Part shown: positions 54,076-64,000 of the stretch, piece after piece
How the letters are laid out: each line of letters starts with the position of its first letter
Numbering within the stretch: position 1 is the stretch's first letter
Assembly: GCA_963422375.2 (NCBI GenBank)
Contig: OY729428.2
Location: forward strand, 3,592,390-3,656,389
Direction: 5' to 3'
Source: Bryobacterales bacterium
Lineage (GTDB): Bacteria > Acidobacteriota > Terriglobia > Bryobacterales > UBA6623
Length of the DNA: 64,000 bases
Notes under the pieces: generated by a model
Databases searched by the model: none
Told to the model about the DNA's origin: nothing
The model's input: the letters and a program-made list of their open reading frames with translations, nothing else
Program-made: the position numbers and the translations under genes

Positions 54076-55239
54076 TCAGGTTGGATCGGCCCCCTCGCTC
54101 AATAGCGACAAATACCTCTCGTAAGCGAAGACTCGACCGCGCCTACGCCCGGAGATCTCTCGAGCAATATTGCGTTCGACAAGCATTCTCATCGCAGCGG
54201 ACGCGGCTGGAAATGACAGGCCGGTACCGCGGCAAGCAGCGGAAAGGGATAGGATCGGACGCTTCACGAGCGCCTCATGCACGCGTAGCGACGAACCGGC
54301 CAGTCGCCCCACGCCCTGTAGAATCTTGCGATCAGCCTGAGACATCTCCGACAAGCGCCGATACGCTACAAGCGCCTCTTCGGAAGTGGTCTGCACGCCT
54401 GTCAGAAAGAACTTGAGCCAAGTCTCCCAGTCCCCGACCTTGCGCACATGATCCAAGAGAAAATAGTAGTCGTTCCTGCGCTGCTTGAGGTAGAGACTCA
54501 AGTAGAGAAGCGGATACCGCAGCGCGCCGGAACGAAGGAGTATCAAGGGCACCAGCATTCTCCCCACGCGCCCGTTTCCGTCGAGGAACGGGTGGATTGA
54601 CTCGAACTGCACATGGGCTAGCCCGGCCCGGACAAGTGCCGGAAGGCCATCATCCTCGGCATGGAGAAACTCCTCCAGCGCCATCATGCAACCGGGCACC
54701 CTGCGGTGCGGAGGAGGAACATAGGATGCGTCGTCTGGCCCGGAGCCGCCAATCCAGTTCTGGCGGTCGCGGAATCGACCGGGCGACATGGCGCCACCCC
54801 GGCCGCGCGCGAGGAGCACTCCGTGGATTTCGCGGATCAGGTCGCAGGTCACTACGCTGCCCGCTCGGAGGGCGGCCGAGCCGCGCTCGAGCGCCGCGAC
54901 GTAGTTGGAGACCTCGACGACGTCGTCAATCGGAAGCCCAAGGGCCTCATCCAGCTCGTACAGCAGCAGATCCGAGAGCGACGACTGCGTGCCCTCGATC
55001 TGCGACGAGAGCACCGCCTCCTTGCGCACGTAGGAATAGAGGAAAATCGCCGAGTCGGGCAGCTGGTCGGAAACTCCGTCCAAGCGCCCCAAGGCGAGAG
55101 TCGCTCGTTCGAGCAGCTGCTGGAGCGAGCCGTCGAGCTGCAGTTCCGGCCGCGGAGGCAGCGGCGCGGGCACGAAGGCTCGCCCGCTCACGCCTCCCAC
55201 ACTGACGCGGAGGCGCCTGCCGACATTCGTACGGAGCAC
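54076..55239 (-). CDS. Fic-family protein with a C-terminal HTH
   Basis: EAVLSSQIEGT inhibitory-helix motif and canonical HPFLDGNGRVGR. Confidence 0.93.
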   Translation of the reverse strand: MLRTNVGRRLRVSVGGVSGRAFVPAPLPPRPELQLDGSLQQLLERATLALGRLDGVSDQLPDSAIFLYSYVRKEAVLSSQIEGTQSSLSDLLLYELDEALGLPIDDVVEVSNYVAALERGSAALRAGSVVTCDLIREIHGVLLARGRGGAMSPGRFRDRQNWIGGSGPDDASYVPPPHRRVPGCMMALEEFLHAEDDGLPALVRAGLAHVQFESIHPFLDGNGRVGRMLVPLILLRSGALRYPLLYLSLYLKQRRNDYYFLLDHVRKVGDWETWLKFFLTGVQTTSEEALVAYRRLSEMSQADRKILQGVGRLAGSSLRVHEALVKRPILSLSAACRGTGLSFPAASAAMRMLVERNIAREISGRRRGRVFAYERYLSLLSEGADPT

Positions 55240-55247
55240 CGGTTTGC

Positions 55248-55308
55248 CTATTCAGCGTAGCTTAATAGCGAGCGCCTCTATTAAGCGTTTGAGTCGAACG
55301 CTTAATAG
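55248..55308. promoter_or_regulatory. Paired palindromes upstream of the Fic gene (putative operator)
   Basis: ctattaagcgtt-N7-aacgcttaatag (55278-55308) and ctattcagc-gta-gcttaatag (55248-55268). Confidence 0.55.
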
Positions 55309-55593
55309 GGATGCATGGTCGACGGTCACGGCGGGATGCCAAGCACCGTGGCCGGTCGTCGCGGTGATGGTCGACATGCCTCACGAGACCGCGCGAAGCG
55401 CTGCGTCACTTCTCCACGCCGCGCCCGTGCCAGTGGCGGCCTCGCTCTCGTCGGGAGCGGGTTGCGCGGCTCCCGGCGGGCGCGCCGCGAGGGCGCAAGC
55501 GCGCGCCGACCGGATCTCTGCGCCTTCGAGCGGGGCCGCTTGACGGTTGCACCCTTGCATCGCTAGGCTACAGTTTCGAGGGACCAACTTCGC

Positions 55594-56757
55594 ATGGCCA
55601 AGGAACTGCGCATCGGAATGATCGGCTACGGCTTCATGGGCCGGGCCCACTCCAACGCCTACAAGCGCTTGAATGATTTCTTCTCCGTGGAGCACCGCCC
55701 GGTACTCAAGGCCGCGGCCGGCCGCAACGAAGCCAAGGTCCGTGCCTTCGCGGACACCTGGGGCTACGAACGCGTCTCGACGGACTGGCGGAGCGTCGCC
55801 ACGGCGGACGATATCGACTTGGTGGACGTCTGCGCTCCCAACCACTTGCACTGGGACATCGTCCTCGCCGCAGCCCAAGCGGGCAAGATGATCTGCTGCG
55901 AAAAGCCGCTGGCGATGAGCTTGGTGGAAGCGGAAGGGATGGTCGGGGCCGTCGAGAAGGCCGGCGTGCCGAACATGGTCTGGTACAACTACCGTCGCGT
56001 GCCGGCGATCGCGCTGGCCAAGCAGATCGTTGACGAGGGCCGGGTCGGCAGGCCGTTTCACTACCGCGCCACGTACCTGCAGGACTGGACGATCTCCGAA
56101 GCCGTGCCGCAGGGCGGCCACGGAACGTGGCGGCTCGACATCCACGAAGCGGGATCCGGTGTGACGGGCGATCTTCTGGCGCACTCCATCGACACCGCGA
56201 TGTGGTTGAACGGCCCCATCCAGCGCGTGGTCGCGTCCACGCGGACCTTCGTGACAGAGCGGGTCCACGCTTTGTCCGGCAAGGTGGAGCCGGTAGGAAT
56301 CGACGATGCCTGCATGTTCCTAGCGGAGTTCGCGAACGGCTCGATGGGAACGTTCGAGTCGAGCCGCTACGCCCGCGGCCGCAAGAACTACAACACGCTG
56401 GAGTTGAACGGCGCGGACGGGTCGGTGTTCTTCGACCTCGAGGACCCCGAGCACCTGCACTTCTTCGAGTACGCACAGAAGCAGTCGGGCAAGAAGGTCG
56501 AGGACCATCTCACGGGCTGGCGCAAGATCCACGTGACGAACTCGGAGCATCCGTACATGGACAAGTACTGGGTGCCCGGAACCACCATCGGCTACGAGCA
56601 CACGTTTCTCAACGCGCTGGCGGACTTTGTAGAGGGCATCGAGTCCGGGAATCCGACGCAGCCGGATTTTCGCTGCGCACTGCAAACGCAGAAGGTGTGC
56701 GATGCGGCGATTGAGTCCGCGTCGACGGGTAAGTGGATCGAGACCGGAGCCGAATAG
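55594..56757 (+). CDS. Gfo/Idh/MocA-family oxidoreductase
   Basis: IGYGFMGRAH, CEKPLA and GDLLAHSID motifs. Confidence 0.93.
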   Translation: MAKELRIGMIGYGFMGRAHSNAYKRLNDFFSVEHRPVLKAAAGRNEAKVRAFADTWGYERVSTDWRSVATADDIDLVDVCAPNHLHWDIVLAAAQAGKMICCEKPLAMSLVEAEGMVGAVEKAGVPNMVWYNYRRVPAIALAKQIVDEGRVGRPFHYRATYLQDWTISEAVPQGGHGTWRLDIHEAGSGVTGDLLAHSIDTAMWLNGPIQRVVASTRTFVTERVHALSGKVEPVGIDDACMFLAEFANGSMGTFESSRYARGRKNYNTLELNGADGSVFFDLEDPEHLHFFEYAQKQSGKKVEDHLTGWRKIHVTNSEHPYMDKYWVPGTTIGYEHTFLNALADFVEGIESGNPTQPDFRCALQTQKVCDAAIESASTGKWIETGAE

Positions 56758-57055
56758 CTGCGAATTCGATTCAATTCCACCCGGCCTCGCCTGCCAACGC
56801 GGGCATGTCAGCCCCGCACGAGCAGGCCCCGTCGGCCGAGCCCCGCCGATCGCGGTTGCCGCGTCTGGATTTCGCCCGACCCTTCACACGGGCCAATGGC
56901 CACTAGGTGGAGCGGCGCAGAGTACCGGCACCTGCGCGAACGGCGGCTCCGGAGCTGGGTGGGCCGCTGCCAAGCACCGTCCTTCGGCGCACTTGCCAAA
57001 GCGACCCCTGCCAGCGACCCTCCGTCAGCTTCGAATCCAGAGATCTTGCCGGCAG

Positions 57056-57443
57056 CGCCGTCAGGTGATATCGGCCCACATCGTCTGCCCTAGCGACCGC
57101 ACCGGTAGTAGTCGGGGCACCAGCCGAGCTTTTCCGTGAAGGTTGCGACCTTGACCGAGGGTATGGAGGAATCGCCCGGGGGAGAGGCAGCAGCGCAGTC
57201 GCTACCTTGAGCTGGGGTGTTCTCGGCGGCGCTCTCGTGGCAGACCCGATGGGCGCAGTTGTCCAAGTCGGGGACCGGGGACTTCCCGGCTCTCGGTCTA
57301 ATCGAGAATCTCCGAGGAACCGAGCGGCCAGTGCAGGTCGCGGCCTCGGGCGTCCGCGATTCCGGCCGCTCTGCCGGATCCCGGTCGGCACGGGTGCTCA
57401 ACTTGGTTCGGGTGCCGGTCATCCTGCCTGATATCCGACGGCG
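57056..57443. ncRNA. Candidate structured non-coding RNA (unassigned)
   Basis: Several nested complementary segments in an intergenic region with no convincing ORF; see findings. Confidence 0.3.
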
Positions 57444-57759
57444 TACCGGAGAGCGGACTGGAGCCTTTGGGCCAAGCCGCGATTGAGGACCGTCGCGCCA
57501 AACCCTCGGGTCGGAATCACCCCATCTTGGAGACGTCTTCCCTCGTCGCTGGAGACGCGTCGCACTGCGTTGCGTTCGAGACGCTCCGGGTCGCCTCCGA
57601 GTGCCGAAGCGCTTTCGGGCGTCACGCTTACCGGTCACATGCCGTGGTCGCCGGCGGCAGAGCCTTCTGGCTCGCAACCGGAGGCGTTCAGGCTGGATAT
57701 CAAGAGCCCCCGCGCTAGGCTGCGCAAGTCCGCACCGGCCCGTTTTCCCCTTAGCGCAG

Positions 57760-57987
57760 CTGTTCGTCCAGACTCTCGAGTGTCCGTACTCGAACGGCAT
57801 CGCGATGGCGGAAGACGATTTCCAAGCGTCCGCGATCCTGAGTGCTCGAGAGGCATTGGTCCGGCACTTCCGGGGAGGCGATGACATCAATGTCGCTGGG
57901 AACCTCTTCTTCTTGCTACGAAGAGGACAATCCGAAGGCGAATTTCACGCCGGACGTGTTTGTGATCCTTGGCGTTCCTTCGAAGTT
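57760..57987 (+). pseudogene. Uma2-family endonuclease fragment, frameshifted and truncated by the mini-IS
   Basis: ECPYSNGIAMAEDDFQ...VAGNLFF|YEEDNPKANFTPDVFVILGV parallels the N-terminus of 52457..53383. Confidence 0.75.
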
Positions 57988-58112
57988 CAGCGGTTCTAAA
58001 TTTGGCCATCAAGGGGGTGCGTGAATGTTGTTTCGGAGGATGAGGTGAACAATTTGACCGAGAGGTTGCGCTCCTGAGGCCGCCCCGCAGGAGCGTCGGA
58101 CGAGAACCGCTG
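57988..58112. mobile_element. 125-bp remnant of the ISNCY-like element
   Basis: Matches 5345-5459 (cagcggttctaaatttggcc...gcgtcggacg) and is then closed by agaaccgctg. No TSD. Confidence 0.8.
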
Positions 58113-58142
58113 GCTGGCGCGACAATCCTCGGAAGCCGGAAG

Positions 58143-59312
58143 TTAGATCCGCACTATCTCGGTCTGCACGGCCCCGGTCGCGACGGCTCGGTCAGCCTCG
58201 ACCAAGCAGTCGATTTCGGTGCGCACACCGAAGTCCGGCAGATAAATTCCCGGCTCGATCGAGAAGCACGTGGCCGGAATGACCGGCCGCTCGTCCCGCA
58301 TCTCGAGATTGTCCATGTTCGCACCATTGCCGTGGACCGACTCGCCAATCGAATGCCCCGTCCTATGGACGAAGGCGTCGCCGTAGCCCGCGGCGCGGAT
58401 GTGATCCCGCGCGGCGTCATCCACCTCCCATCCTAGGATCGTCCGCCCCAGGCGCATTGCCGCGTCGACCGTCGCTAGGGTCCTGTCCCGGGCACCGACC
58501 ACGACCTCAAAGACCCGTTCGATCCGGTTCGGCGGCCGCGTCCCGCAATAGCCGGTCCACGTGATGTCATAGAAAACAGAGCCCGACTCGTCCAGCTTCG
58601 CCCAGAGGTCGATCAAGACGAAATCTCCGTCCCGGATGGGCTGGGACCGGTCCCGGCCAGGACTGTAGTGTGGGTCGCCGCTATTCGCGTTTGCGGCGAC
58701 GATCGGGCCGTCCATCGTCACGAGGCCTTCGTCCCGGAAGCGCTGTTGGATGAACCTCGCCATCGCGTACTCCGAGGAAGATCCCGCGCCGTCGATTTCC
58801 GCCCGGATTTGGCGGAACGTCTCCTTCAACACGCGATCTACGCGCCTGCCGGCTTCGAAGTGCGACTCGCGCTGCCAGTCGGACCAGCGAGCCTCAAAGT
58901 ACTGCACGAGCGCGGCGGACGAGACGACCTCCGCTCCGAAGGACCGCACAAGATCAATGGTCCCGGCATCAACCAGCGAGACCACCGGAATCATGCAGTT
59001 GGGGGAGTACTGCATGGCGACCTTGGAGGCCGTGCCCACGATCTCCTGCAGGCGTTGGAAGTGCGACTGCCAGCTGGAGTAGACCGCCTTGGATCCCGGC
59101 AGGCTGTCCAGCCGGGCGTCCTCAATGGCATGGACGAGCTTTGCCGGGTCCCCGTCCGAGGGGATCCAGTAGTACCAGCGGCGCGAGACGTGGGCGCTCG
59201 CGTCAAGGCCCAGCACGCGGTAGGCGATGGGGTCGCGGACGTGATGATCGAACAGTAGCCAGCCGTCCAGCCCCTGCGCCCGCAGCTGCTCTTGGATCAG
59301 GTCGAGGTCCAT
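58143..59312 (-). CDS. M24 (Xaa-Pro aminopeptidase-like) metallopeptidase
   Basis: LIDLWAK, YDITW, HRTGHSIG, FSIEPGIY and GVRTE motifs. Confidence 0.9.
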   Translation of the reverse strand: MDLDLIQEQLRAQGLDGWLLFDHHVRDPIAYRVLGLDASAHVSRRWYYWIPSDGDPAKLVHAIEDARLDSLPGSKAVYSSWQSHFQRLQEIVGTASKVAMQYSPNCMIPVVSLVDAGTIDLVRSFGAEVVSSAALVQYFEARWSDWQRESHFEAGRRVDRVLKETFRQIRAEIDGAGSSSEYAMARFIQQRFRDEGLVTMDGPIVAANANSGDPHYSPGRDRSQPIRDGDFVLIDLWAKLDESGSVFYDITWTGYCGTRPPNRIERVFEVVVGARDRTLATVDAAMRLGRTILGWEVDDAARDHIRAAGYGDAFVHRTGHSIGESVHGNGANMDNLEMRDERPVIPATCFSIEPGIYLPDFGVRTEIDCLVEADRAVATGAVQTEIVRI

Positions 59313-59439
59313 ACAGCGGATTGTAACGCGAAGCGCGGAGTTTTCGGTTGTCCGATCAGGCCAATGGCAGAATTGTTCGCAAGACTCTTGCGCTTGGCGC
59401 AACCGTAAGCTAGAATAAAGTACAAAGAAAGGAGCACGC

Positions 59440-60087
59440 ATGGCACTCACCAAGCGTCAGAAGCAAGTACTCGACTTCCTCGCGGGGTTCGTGGCGGAGA
59501 ATCACTACAGCCCGAGCTTTGAGGAAATCGCCCAGCACCTGAACCTGCGGTCCGTCGCTACCATCCATCGGCACCTGCAGACACTGCAGGACAAGGGCTA
59601 CCTGAAGCGCAGCTACAACCGCAGCCGCGCCATCGAGATCACGCCGAAGTACTACGACGAGATCCGCGAGAACCGGCAGAAAATGACCAACTACCACCGC
59701 AGCGAAGACGCCCTCACGGCGCCGCTCGTGGGGGCGATCTCCGCCGGCCATCCGCTGGAAGCGTTCGAGCACAGCGAGACCCTGTCGTTCGCGCCGTTCG
59801 TCGGCACCAAGGACGTGTTCGCCCTGCAGGTCAACGGCCAGTCGATGGTCGAGGATCACATCCTGGACGGCGACTACGTGCTGATCCAGAAGACGAAGCG
59901 CGCCAGCAACGGAGAGATCGTGGTGGCCCTGGTCCGGGGAGCCGAGACAACCCTCAAGCGCTTCTTCCGGGAGGGGAACATGGTGCGGCTCCAGCCGGCG
60001 AATATGCAGATGGACCCGATCATCGTGCCGGCCACGGACGTGGAGGTGCAGGGCCGCCTGCTCGCAGTTCACAGGCGCTACTTGTAG
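59440..60087 (+). CDS. lexA: SOS repressor LexA
   Basis: LTKRQ..., PSFEEIA HTH, Ala-Gly cleavage site (SAGHP), catalytic Ser (GQSM) and Lys (TLKR). RBS aagga. Confidence 0.95.
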   Translation: MALTKRQKQVLDFLAGFVAENHYSPSFEEIAQHLNLRSVATIHRHLQTLQDKGYLKRSYNRSRAIEITPKYYDEIRENRQKMTNYHRSEDALTAPLVGAISAGHPLEAFEHSETLSFAPFVGTKDVFALQVNGQSMVEDHILDGDYVLIQKTKRASNGEIVVALVRGAETTLKRFFREGNMVRLQPANMQMDPIIVPATDVEVQGRLLAVHRRYL

Positions 60088-60153
60088 GCCGCGCTGCGGT
60101 CGGCCGCCCCGGCGGCCGGCCGCGACACCCGCGGGCCGGCCCTATCGCCCGAG

Positions 60154-60369
60154 CTACGTGCGGAGCCCGAAGTAGAAGAACCGGAAGGTCGACAGATAGA
60201 TCGCCAGCAGGGCACCCGTATAGAGGAAGACCGTCATGAACTTGCGGTCGATCAGAGTCTCAAGCGGGCCCAAGCCTTCGCAACGGCGCCTGTGGAAGAA
60301 CCAAACCACGAACGCAACCGACGCCACGATCGGCAACCACACGAAGGCAACTTCAACTGTAGGCGACAT
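60154..60369 (-). CDS. Small two-TM hypothetical protein
   Basis: 71 aa with two hydrophobic segments, directly downstream of ligA. Confidence 0.5.
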   Translation of the reverse strand: MSPTVEVAFVWLPIVASVAFVVWFFHRRRCEGLGPLETLIDRKFMTVFLYTGALLAIYLSTFRFFYFGLRT

Positions 60370-60399
60370 GCAGCCTATCGTCCCATCCGGCACCGGGTG

Positions 60400-63981
<3,582 letters not shown>

Positions 63982-64000
63982 GTCATTCCGGGGACGCGAG

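Noticed and set aside
59330..59439. LexA (SOS) box upstream of lexA
   Set aside because: Only partial half-sites (ttgttcgc, gaataaagtac). No clean GTTC-N7-GTTC, GAAC-N4-GTTC or CTGT-N8-ACAG match.

Overview
GC-rich bacterial chromosomal window, probably Acidobacteriota (Bryobacterales-like, possibly host- or sponge-associated). This is inferred from a carboxypeptidase-domain TonB receptor, PSD1/DUF1501 pairs, an NHL-repeat fragment and Uma2 genes. Housekeeping and metabolic genes: acetoacetate-CoA ligase, YggX, a macro domain protein, a DtxR/MntR-regulated operon with split FeoB, a sulfatase, an ECF sigma/anti-sigma/RDD cassette, glcF-like, bfr, two PTPS-like genes plus folE, a PQQ dehydrogenase, a heptose-type sugar-phosphate cluster, Fic, lexA, ligA and a lipid kinase. 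These alternate with decaying accessory DNA: two full ISNCY-like copies and a mini-derivative, three IS1595-family elements, two copies of a 259-bp TA-targeting MITE, IS21 and IS110 relics, and several pseudogenes. Most notable: (1) transposase copies decay by apparently directional A:T->G:C substitutions; (2) LigA carries a duplicated helix-hairpin-helix domain; (3) a ~390-nt intergenic region with nested pairing may be a structured RNA; (4) the heptose-type operon contains an uncharacterised deoxyhypusine-synthase-like gene; (5) nested IS/MITE insertions can be resolved to the base; (6) several genes look leaderless. I recognised no rRNA, tRNA or CRISPR array. All family assignments are from motif recognition by eye, not database searches.
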